Origin: an uncultured Candidatus Saccharibacteria bacterium
GTDB taxonomy: Bacteria; Patescibacteriota; Minisyncoccia; UBA6257; UBA9933
Assembly (NCBI GenBank): GCA_964362385.1
Contig: CAYIEH010000003.1
Span: 1 to 32,232 of the forward strand
Direction: 5' to 3'
DNA length: 32,232 nt
Below the pieces are notes generated by a model, which searched no databases, was not told the DNA's origin, and saw only the letters and a list, made by a program, of their open reading frames with translations. How positions within the stretch are numbered: the stretch's first letter is position 1; each line of letters starts with the position of its first letter. This document shows, one piece after another, positions 1 to 7,465 of the stretch. Made by a program: the position numbers and the translations under genes.

Positions 1-390
1 CTGCTTATTATACTCTACGATAGCCTTTTTCCCCAAAAGCTTTTCCGTTTTTTTAAATGCCTCCTCGGCCGTTTCACAAGATGGCGTGGGAAAATCCAAA
101 ATTCCCTCGCCGATGACCGCCGGCATTTTTGCCTCAATGGCCGCGCGCGCGACCTCCTCTTCAAAAAAATACATATCATTAAAAGCCCTGATGCCGTTGT
201 CCTTCATCTCCCTTATAGCTTCTTTGGTTTTTTCATAAACAAACTTCGCTGTCACCATTTTTTTCTCCATCGGCCAGATATATTTTTTAAGCCACCTATC
301 CAGCGGCATATCTTCCGCCAGACCGCGAAAACCGACCATGGCGGCGTGCGTATGCGCGTTTACAAGCGGTAAATCAAATTTTATCGGCAT
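1..390 (-). CDS. mtaD: Amidohydrolase, MTA/SAH deaminase-like (5' part; runs off window start)
   Basis: Not in the ORF track. Manual translation from ATG at 390: MPIKFDLPLVNAHTHAAMVGFRGLAEDMPLDRWLKKYIWPME...GIRAFNDMYF, with the HxH metal motif and the WL..YIWP.E and DMYF motifs of the MtaD/TRZ-ATZ family. Confidence 0.8.
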   Translation of the reverse strand, partial: MPIKFDLPLVNAHTHAAMVGFRGLAEDMPLDRWLKKYIWPMEKKMVTAKFVYEKTKEAIREMKDNGIRAFNDMYFFEEEVARAAIEAKMPAVIGEGILDFPTPSCETAEEAFKKTEKLLGKKAIVEYNKQ

Positions 391-440
391 ATTTTTATTA
401 TTTTTTATCTATTATCATACTACCAAAACTTCAAATAAAA

Positions 441-474
441 AACAAAACGATCCCGAGTACTCGGGATTGTTTTG
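441..474. terminator. Near-perfect palindrome, probable terminator of the 528-1472 gene
   Basis: acaaaacgatcccgagt/actcgggattgttttgt with A/T tracts on both sides. Confidence 0.55.
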
Positions 475-527
475 TTCTGGTATTTTACAGCGACTTAATC
501 TTTCTCCAAAAAATTTTTGCCCTGTTT

Positions 528-1472
528 TTAATTATCCAAACCCTCAAAAATTATTCCCAATTTATTTTCAATTTCTTTTCTCTTTTTCTCATCAGTACTT
601 TCATCAAAATAATTAAGAAAAAGATGAAATTCATCGCTATAGCCGCGAGAAAAATCATCAAAAGATATTTTTTTTAAAACTTCAAGGGATTTTCCCCCGC
701 AGCAATTGACTATTTCTTTAATAACCGGGAGGAGATTCCCCGCAAAATAGTTTTTTTCAAAAAGTGAAATTATTTCTTCTTTTTTAACTTTCTTTGCGTT
801 GGAAATTTTATTTATTATTTTTTCTACTATAAAAATAGTTGGATATTGGCATGCTCGCCAAAATGCACGATTGCTATGATATGGCTCCATATCCTTAAAT
901 GCAAGTTTATTATCTATTTCATCTTTATATTTATCTATAAGATATTCTGTTAAAAAATCTACAAAACCTTCATCAATGGGCCCCAGAAAGAGTTGTCTGT
1001 TTGTGTCAACTATTTTATCCACCGAAAGCCCTTGTCTTGAGGTATAATATTCTCCCTCTTCATTAACGCCAAAACTCTTTCTGGCTTTTAAGTGCAATAG
1101 TTCATGAATTAATGTTTTAAAAGCATCAAAATCATTTTCTTTTTTTGTGGTTATTATCATGTAATTACCAAACCGATTGCATGCCCCACCTGTATCTTTC
1201 CGGCCGGGAAATTTCTTTTCAAATGTTTCAGAAGAAAGCAAATGAACTTGCTGGTAATCAACATTTTCCCACTCTTTTTCTAATCCTAAAAAATTAAATT
1301 CTTTCTTTAAAATGTAATTGATAAAATCAATAAACAAAAGAAGTCTTTCATTTTTTTGCAACTCACCTTCAAAAGGAGCCAGGGCAGAATCTCGCTCTTC
1401 ATTTATAATCTTTTTTAATTCTTCTTTTTTTTCAATTAATCCCCTGCCAATAATTATTGGTTCTTTTTCCAT
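528..1472 (-). CDS. Hypothetical protein with a zincin-like HExxH motif
   Basis: 314 aa ORF; IHELLH followed by a downstream DEG motif (candidate third zinc ligand, gluzincin-like). Confidence 0.7.
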   Translation of the reverse strand: MEKEPIIIGRGLIEKKEELKKIINEERDSALAPFEGELQKNERLLLFIDFINYILKKEFNFLGLEKEWENVDYQQVHLLSSETFEKKFPGRKDTGGACNRFGNYMIITTKKENDFDAFKTLIHELLHLKARKSFGVNEEGEYYTSRQGLSVDKIVDTNRQLFLGPIDEGFVDFLTEYLIDKYKDEIDNKLAFKDMEPYHSNRAFWRACQYPTIFIVEKIINKISNAKKVKKEEIISLFEKNYFAGNLLPVIKEIVNCCGGKSLEVLKKISFDDFSRGYSDEFHLFLNYFDESTDEKKRKEIENKLGIIFEGLDN

Positions 1473-1595
1473 ATTTTAATTGTAAGCTATTTTTTAATTT
1501 TATACAAATTTTAAAATAGTCTAGAGCCAAAATAAAAACCCTGAATTCAAGACGCCAAGACGCCAATAAATCCAGGGTGTGCGGCTTATACTGAT

Positions 1596-1907
1596 TTAAT
1601 CGTCATCATCTATCATATCGGCAACTATGCCGCCTATGATTATGCCTGCGGCCACATCACATACATTAATGCCTCCTTGTTTCTCTTGTTGGTATTGACC
1701 ATCTGATTTACCGGTGCGTGGGCGTGCAGGAACCAGAAAATGGTCACTGACTTTTTTAGATAGCTGTTGAATGGGATGGTCATGTGGATGATGCTTTTCA
1801 TAATAAACAAAATCCTTTTCCGTAAGCTTCTTCCGTGGCTGGAGATGGTAATGTTGGATGTAGCGTTTCATTTCCGCGCCACATTTAAGGCATTTTTTCA
1901 TTTGCAT
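1596..1907 (-). CDS. Small hypothetical protein (N-terminal CxxC, His-rich, C-terminal glycine-rich hydrophobic helix)
   Basis: 103 aa ORF, AGGAG SD upstream, hairpin downstream at ~1537-1578. Confidence 0.6.
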   Translation of the reverse strand: MQMKKCLKCGAEMKRYIQHYHLQPRKKLTEKDFVYYEKHHPHDHPIQQLSKKVSDHFLVPARPRTGKSDGQYQQEKQGGINVCDVAAGIIIGGIVADMIDDDD

Positions 1908-2059
1908 CTCATTTCTCCTTTTCTTTTATTGTTTAAAGATTCAAATAAAGTTGCCGCTTGTAACATGTCAAAGAACTTGAATTCAAAGAAACCACCATGG
2001 TCTCTTTCACCGATTATCATCTTATAATAATTGTCTTATTTTTGCAAGGGTTATGAGGG

Positions 2060-2330
2060 CGCAGCGAAAATGGGGTGTTGGGAGAAATTCCGCCACGCCC
2101 GAGTAGTGAAGTTGGGACGCCTCCGCCTGCCCGTATAGGGCAGAACGCCGAAACAAAATTTTCTTCTTCCTTATTTGTTTTTTTGGGGGGCGCGAAATCC
2201 GAAAACTGAAGAAGAAAATTTTGTTGAGGCGTAGCCCCGCCAAAGGCGAGGCGCGGAGGCGTTGTGCCATTGGCGTTTTCCAAAAGTTTTGATACAATGA
2301 TTTTAAGAAATGCCACCGGTTTTTCGCTCG
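2060..2330 (+). ncRNA. Candidate structured RNA or structured mobile-element remnant
   Basis: Nested inverted repeats: agcgaaaa 2063-2070/ttttcgct 2321-2328, acgcctccgc 2117-2126/gcggaggcgt 2253-2262, perfect 18-bp 2152-2169/2208-2225, hairpin 2127-2143. Confidence 0.4.
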
Positions 2331-2420
2331 AAAAAGGTTCGCGCAAAGTGTATAATTACAGCACAAAACAAAAATCCCAAAGGGGATTTTTGTTTTCTTC
2401 TTCTTGTTTAGCCGCCAAAA

Positions 2421-3338
2421 TTATTTTCGTCTGCGGCCGTGAAAGGCTTTATGGACTTCTTTCAATTCCTTATTGGTCAGGTGAGTGTAAATTTGGGTTG
2501 TTGAAATATTCGCGTGGCCGAGAAGTTCCTGAACTGACCGAAGATCCGCGCCGTTAATCAAAAGATCTGTTGCAAATCCGTGGCGCATCATATGCGGATG
2601 AACCTTTTTGGCAATCCCGGCTTTGCGGGCATAAAAGTCAATAAGCCTTTGAACAGCTCTGGGAATAATTCTGCCGATAACTTTTGGGGGCAGCGCGGCT
2701 GTGGTCAGACGGCTAAGGCTTACAAACATCGCTTCGTCAGCGTCAGTTCTTTTGTCTAAGTAATTTTTAATAGCTTTTTTGGCGCTGTCGGCCAAAAAAA
2801 CAACGCGTAATTTACTCCCTTTGCCGCGGACAGTAAATTCCCCTCTGTTTAAATCAATATAGCGATTTAAAGCGCAAAGTTCTGAAATTCTTAAGCCGGT
2901 TGAAAATAAAATTTCTAAAATAGCTTTGTCCCTAAGAGACCTTAAATCATCGCCCTTGGGAGCCTCCAGTAATCTTTCCAATTCGTCATATTCAAGAATT
3001 TCAATTTGCCGCACAGGGACTTTCGGCAGTTCAATTTTATCAGAAGCTAAAACTTGGTAATCATTTTTTGCCAGATATTTTAAAAAATTTCTTAAAGCAA
3101 TAATATAGTAGCTTTGAGTTGTTTTTTTTAAGTTTTCTCCTTTTTGGTTTGGAAGACGGGCGAGGCGCAGGCGAAAATCCCGAATTTTATCAATTGTAAT
3201 ATCTTTTTCTGTTTTTACTTTGGCAAAATTAAAGAATTTTTTAAGGTAAAATTCGTAATTCTCCCGGGTTTTAGGCGAGCGGTTTTTTTCAATTTCCAGA
3301 TAATCAAGGTAGTTTTTTAAAAGGGTGTTAATATCCAT
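2421..3338 (-). CDS. xerC: Tyrosine recombinase, XerC/XerD family
   Basis: 305 aa; catalytic residues TGLRISE (R), VRGKG (K), HMMRH (H-x-x-R), LLGHAN (H), TTQIYT (Y); N-terminal SAM-like domain. XerC versus XerD cannot be resolved by eye. Confidence 0.9.
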   Translation of the reverse strand: MDINTLLKNYLDYLEIEKNRSPKTRENYEFYLKKFFNFAKVKTEKDITIDKIRDFRLRLARLPNQKGENLKKTTQSYYIIALRNFLKYLAKNDYQVLASDKIELPKVPVRQIEILEYDELERLLEAPKGDDLRSLRDKAILEILFSTGLRISELCALNRYIDLNRGEFTVRGKGSKLRVVFLADSAKKAIKNYLDKRTDADEAMFVSLSRLTTAALPPKVIGRIIPRAVQRLIDFYARKAGIAKKVHPHMMRHGFATDLLINGADLRSVQELLGHANISTTQIYTHLTNKELKEVHKAFHGRRRK

Positions 3339-3514
3339 TTAGGGTATTATATCATATCTGTCGCAAAATGAATTTTTCATAACAGAAATTTCTGTCATAA
3401 AAATTTACGGTTGTTTTGCGGCATATCTAAATATATCTCAAAATAGTTCGGCAAAACTATTTCTTTGCCGAATTTCCTAGATACCAAAGCATGACCTATC
3501 GCAGGACTTTGATC

Positions 3515-3691
3515 CAGCTTGTGAAACATTTTAAATGTTTCACAAGCTGTCGCAAAATGGTGTGAAACACTTTGTGAAACATTTTTTAGCGATTTTTAAG
3601 ATGACGTGTATAAACGTGAAACACTTTATCTCACCGTAGCGATATTGTAAAATCCAAAATGTTTTTGTGAAACATTTTGTGAAACATTTTT
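3515..3691. repeat. Cluster of seven GTGAAACA/TGTTTCAC octamers (parS-like half-sites)
   Basis: Copies at 3521, 3536 (inverted), 3562, 3574, 3616, 3667, 3679. Confidence 0.8.
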
Positions 3692-3715
3692 ACTAAAAAT
3701 CGGAGTTTTTATCAA

Positions 3716-4201
3716 TTAATCATTAAACTTTTCTTTGAATTTAGGAAGATTATCGTAAATTCCCCATTTGTATAATCTATAAAGGGACTTAAACCTATCG
3801 GGAACTTGCGGATCATTTCCAATTTTTTCAAGCCATTCATCAAATTGTTTTCTTTTATGACCTACAAGTTTTTTATAGAGAAAGGGGATTATTATGTCTT
3901 TAAGTTGCTTAAATTCTCTTACGATTAAAACAACCTTTCTACCTCTTTTTATTCCATCTTTTTGGAATGATTTGTAATTATAAACTTTATTTTTAAGCCC
4001 TAGCGTATCCCTCACTAATCTTAAAAGATTTTCGTCTCGCTCGTGCATACTAATAATAAATGCCGGTATCCGCGATCTTTTTCCATTTTTTATATTAGGT
4101 GAGGTGCAAAAAGAAAAACAACCTTCTCCCTCAACAAGCCCTCTAATATATTCATAGCTTATTTTTTGATTTAATTGTTTCACGCCGAACTCATCGGTCA
4201 T
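3716..4201 (-). CDS. Single-motif LAGLIDADG homing endonuclease-like protein
   Basis: YIRGLVEGEGCFS motif, then F.ISMHERDENLL...LG and IIPFL...L.G.K...F..W, typical of the LAGLIDADG_1 family. Confidence 0.85.
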   Translation of the reverse strand: MTDEFGVKQLNQKISYEYIRGLVEGEGCFSFCTSPNIKNGKRSRIPAFIISMHERDENLLRLVRDTLGLKNKVYNYKSFQKDGIKRGRKVVLIVREFKQLKDIIIPFLYKKLVGHKRKQFDEWLEKIGNDPQVPDRFKSLYRLYKWGIYDNLPKFKEKFND

Positions 4202-4253
4202 AAATTTTATTGTTATACAGTATTACACCTGATATAATAAATTATATCAAAAT

Positions 4254-4709
4254 ATGACTAAAAAATCCGAAATAGGCCAATTAGGCGAGGATTTGGCTTG
4301 CGAATGCCTTAAAAAGCAGGGCTATAAGATTATTGAGAGGAATTTTAGGAGGCCATGGGGAGAAATTGACATTATTTGCCAAGATCCTGATAAAACCTTG
4401 GTTTTTGTGGAAGTAAAGGCAATAAGGCAGTTCGGCAAGCTTACTGCAAATAATTCGGCAGAGTTTGTTAATTCGGCAAGCGAGCTTATGCCGGAAGATC
4501 AGTTAACCAAGTCAAAGTTTCAAAAATTAGCAAAAACCGCTTCTATGTATGTTGGCCAAAACGAGAAATTAATAAAAAATGACAAAGGCTGGAGAATAGA
4601 TCTACTGGCATTAACTCTTAGAGAATCATCAGGGTCAATCCTGAGCAGGGCCGAAGGATTGACAATAAACGGAAAAAGTGTTGATGTGAGCCATTATAAA
4701 AATATTTAA
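4254..4709 (+). CDS. yraN: YraN family (UPF0102) putative endonuclease
   Basis: G..GE..A...L...GY.IIERNFR..WGEIDII...LVFVEVK, plus RIDL near the C-terminus. Confidence 0.9.
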   Translation: MTKKSEIGQLGEDLACECLKKQGYKIIERNFRRPWGEIDIICQDPDKTLVFVEVKAIRQFGKLTANNSAEFVNSASELMPEDQLTKSKFQKLAKTASMYVGQNEKLIKNDKGWRIDLLALTLRESSGSILSRAEGLTINGKSVDVSHYKNI

Positions 4710-4726
4710 AATACAAAATGGAATTT

Positions 4727-5215
4727 TTAATGAATAGATAATTTCCGCTCGTTTTCCCTTGAGCCGTGTTTTAAGTTTATTGAGATTTTTTTATTGGGCA
4801 GAATTTTTTTAATCCTTTCCGGCCACTCTATTAAGACGATATTATCAGGATTTGAAATAATTTCTTTTATTCCCAAACTTGCTAATTCATTAAGTTTTTT
4901 TATTCTGTAACAATCCACGTGGTAAGCATTTCCATAATTCATAATTCTTAATTCATAATTCTTTATCAATACGAAAGTGGGAGAGGTTATTTTTGATTTC
5001 ACGCCCAAACCGCGCAAAAAACCCTGTATAAACGTGGTTTTGCCGGCGCCAAGATCGCCTTTGAGGATTATTACAATAGATTTATGAGGTAAGAAGTAAG
5101 AAGTAAGACGGCCCGCCAAACGATTCGTTTTGCCAGCTTTTCCGAGCGCTAAATCAGCAAGTTCTTTGGCGATTTTTTGAGTTTGAGTAGGAGAAGCAGT
5201 TTTAAATCTTACCAT
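4727..5215 (-). CDS. tsaE: tRNA threonylcarbamoyladenosine biosynthesis ATPase
   Basis: L.GDLGAGKTTF, ITSPTFVL, YHVDCYR and LIEWPE motifs. Confidence 0.95.
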   Translation of the reverse strand: MVRFKTASPTQTQKIAKELADLALGKAGKTNRLAGRLTSYFLPHKSIVIILKGDLGAGKTTFIQGFLRGLGVKSKITSPTFVLIKNYELRIMNYGNAYHVDCYRIKKLNELASLGIKEIISNPDNIVLIEWPERIKKILPNKKISINLKHGSRENERKLSIH

Positions 5216-5249
5216 TTAAACATTATTACTGATGTTATAAAAAAAGAGA

Positions 5250-5277
5250 AGCCCAGAGGCGAAGTGCCTCTGGGTTG
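5250..5277 (-). terminator. Intrinsic terminator after the 5284-6033 gene
   Basis: cccagaggc-gaagt-gcctctggg stem followed by a T-rich tail on the minus strand. Confidence 0.6.
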
Positions 5278-5283
5278 GATTAC

Positions 5284-6033
5284 TTATTTTCTGGTTGTTT
5301 TGGGTCCCAAGAAAAAGGATTTGGAAAGATCGAGAAAGTCTTTGATTTGAAAAAATTTCTGGTTTATCAAAAATCTCGCCCAGTTATCAAAGCCGTCGAA
5401 ATCTTCGACGGTGTTCATTCCCGAAATCAGTCTGAATCCGAGACCGTAATACCTTGCCCCAATTCCTTTACTGAGACGTCCCAGCATAAGCCTGTTTTCG
5501 GAGAGTGCAAGCGTACCAAGATTTTTTATTTCATTTTTTTCTTTGGCTGTTACGCTTCCGCCATAGCTACCGTTGGAATCCCAGGCGCCGCAATCTATAT
5601 AATTGCAACAGTGGAGATTAGGAAACATTTGTTTGAGCATTAAATGAAGCATCAGGTTTTTGAGCACAAGGGGTTCGGCAAACATGATTTGCGTGATTAT
5701 GTCGCAACAGCCATTACAAACGAGGTAAAACCCATCGCCGTCACCTATAGGCCTTTCTCTAATCTTATTTGGCATTTGAGAGAATGCCTTGACCGATAAT
5801 TCTCCGCCACATGCCTGATATTCAAGGGCGTCTACGATACCTGTCTTTAAAACTCTATGGCAAAGCGTACCTACGTGTTCTGCCCCGTAAAACGAAACGA
5901 TTGCATTAAACATATTGTTAAGTCCATCCTCGCCGCCTGTCGTTGCGGCTTTTCGCGGGCCAACAATAATGTGGGTACTGGCATCGGAAACGCATGTTCC
6001 TTCACCAAATGGAAAGTCTGTAAACTTTTTCAT
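5284..6033 (-). CDS. Hypothetical protein
   Basis: 249 aa ORF with AAGGAGG SD and a downstream terminator; no family recognised. Confidence 0.65.
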   Translation of the reverse strand: MKKFTDFPFGEGTCVSDASTHIIVGPRKAATTGGEDGLNNMFNAIVSFYGAEHVGTLCHRVLKTGIVDALEYQACGGELSVKAFSQMPNKIRERPIGDGDGFYLVCNGCCDIITQIMFAEPLVLKNLMLHLMLKQMFPNLHCCNYIDCGAWDSNGSYGGSVTAKEKNEIKNLGTLALSENRLMLGRLSKGIGARYYGLGFRLISGMNTVEDFDGFDNWARFLINQKFFQIKDFLDLSKSFFLGPKTTRK

Positions 6034-6216
6034 CTTTTCCTCCTTGCCTTTGCGACCGCTTCATTGAGCTCGCAACCAGGCTTTCAGAAACAAGTTAATA
6101 TTTTGCTGTTATGCGGCCGTTTTCGCCCTTCTGCTTTAAAACTTCGGCGGACAAGCCCGTATCCAACAGCGCCATTACGTTCTAACAGAACTCTACACGA
6201 TTTTAAATTTTTTGCA

Positions 6217-6254
6217 ATAAAATACTGCTATCCTATAGGATAGCAGTATTTTAT
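6217..6254. repeat. Perfect 38-bp palindrome
   Basis: ataaaatactgctatccta|taggatagcagtattttat. Confidence 0.9.
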
Positions 6255-6287
6255 CTCTCTTACATCTTACGACTTATGTCTTACTTT

Positions 6288-6381
6288 TTATCTTTTATTC
6301 CATTGTGGAGCGCGCCTCGTCCCGACAGTATAGCCTTCAGCTAACTTCGGGACTGCGGCTTTATGTAATGCAATACTTTTC
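6288..6381 (-). pseudogene. Decayed duplicate of the rpsI 3' end, interrupted by a hairpin
   Basis: 22-bp identity between 6298-6319 and 6414-6435; reads RRAPQWNKR-stop; hairpin at 6319-6353. Confidence 0.75.
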
Positions 6382-6403
6382 AGGATATTGAAACCAGTGC
6401 GTA

Positions 6404-6868
6404 TTAACGTTTCTTCCATTGTGGAGCGCGCCTCGCTTTCTTTAAGCCGTATTTTTTGCGTTCAACAGCTCGGGCGTCGCGCGTGAGAAGTCCTAGTCTC
6501 CTTAATCTTTTTTTAAAAATCGGGTTGAATTTTATCAAAGCTCTTGCAATACCCAGCCTGATTGCTTCTGATTGGGCCATTGTTCCGCCTCCTTTTACTT
6601 TTATTATCGCCCCCAATTTGTCGGCAATTTTCATTTTTTCCAACGGACTTACAGCTTCTTTTTGAAACCGCAAAACGGTAAAGTACGATTCCAATGGTTT
6701 TTCGTTAACGATTGTTTCTTTAATTTTAGTAAAAAGACGAACGCGGGCGATGGCGCTTTTTCTTCGGCCAACCGCTTCATAATATTTTTCTTTTCTAATA
6801 GGATGTTTTTTGGTTTCCACCTCGGCTTTTTCCGCGGACGATTCTTTTTTATTAGTTGTTTTTTCCAT
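6404..6868 (-). CDS. rpsI: 30S ribosomal protein S9
   Basis: GRRKSAIARV, VKGGG...Q, ERKKYGLKKARRAPQWKKR. Confidence 0.98.
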   Translation of the reverse strand: MEKTTNKKESSAEKAEVETKKHPIRKEKYYEAVGRRKSAIARVRLFTKIKETIVNEKPLESYFTVLRFQKEAVSPLEKMKIADKLGAIIKVKGGGTMAQSEAIRLGIARALIKFNPIFKKRLRRLGLLTRDARAVERKKYGLKKARRAPQWKKR

Positions 6869-6885
6869 AATTTTAATTGGCGTCG

Positions 6886-7230
6886 CTATTCTATAATTAA
6901 TTTTTTAATTCTTTTTATTTGCAGTTTATTTTTAGGCAGCATTTGTTTAACCGATCTTCTCAGCACTTCGGCCTTGCCCTTTTTATCGACGACCTCTTTA
7001 TAGGTTTCTTCTTTAATGTGCCCCATATAGCCGGTGTGGCGATAATAAATTTTTTGATTTTCTTTTTTTCCGCTGATAGTCATTTTGTTGATATTTTTAA
7101 CAATGACCTTGTCCTCGCCGGCAAGTCGGGGGTCGTATTTTGGATTTTTTTTGCCTTGCAGAATAATGGCTATTTCAGAAGCCAGTCTTCCCAAATTTTT
7201 ATTTGTCGCGTCAATCGTGAATTCTGCCAT
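6886..7230 (-). CDS. rplM: 50S ribosomal protein L13
   Basis: IDA....LGRLAS.IA..L.GK, YYRHTGY.G, MLPKN. Confidence 0.98.
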   Translation of the reverse strand: MAEFTIDATNKNLGRLASEIAIILQGKKNPKYDPRLAGEDKVIVKNINKMTISGKKENQKIYYRHTGYMGHIKEETYKEVVDKKGKAEVLRRSVKQMLPKNKLQIKRIKKLIIE

Positions 7231-7318
7231 AATTTTATAACTAGCCGTTTATGTTTTAACGGCAAAGTTATTTTTATTTCTATTTGCCTAGACGGCTGGG
7301 TTATCTAAAATTATGAGC

Positions 7319-7421
7319 ACCCCGCCCCCTAAGCTCATAATCAGCCTTATAAAAATATCAAATTATTAAATAAATATCAAACCGCTTCATTATTATGATT
7401 TATAATTACAGGGGGCGGGGT
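7319..7421. mobile_element. MITE-like element with 12-bp perfect terminal inverted repeats
   Basis: accccgccccct 7319-7330 / agggggcggggt 7410-7421 around an AT-rich core. Confidence 0.5.
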
Positions 7422-7465
7422 AATGGTTTTATTACTCCGGATATTCCGGAGATAAAACTCATAAC

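Noticed and set aside
2017-2557. ORFs 2017-2346, 2022-2366 and 2264-2557
   Set aside because: Mutually overlapping, atypical composition, no SD, and explained by GC-rich structured DNA
2421-3338. Integron integrase with a cassette array
   Set aside because: No IntI-specific insertion is apparent between the catalytic motifs, and hairpins next to orphan genes lack shared attC RYYYAAC/GTTRRRY ends
3515-3691. CRISPR array or canonical parS/dif site
   Set aside because: Repeats are only 8-12 bp with irregular spacing and no cas genes are present; there is no intact 16-bp parS palindrome and no recognisable dif consensus
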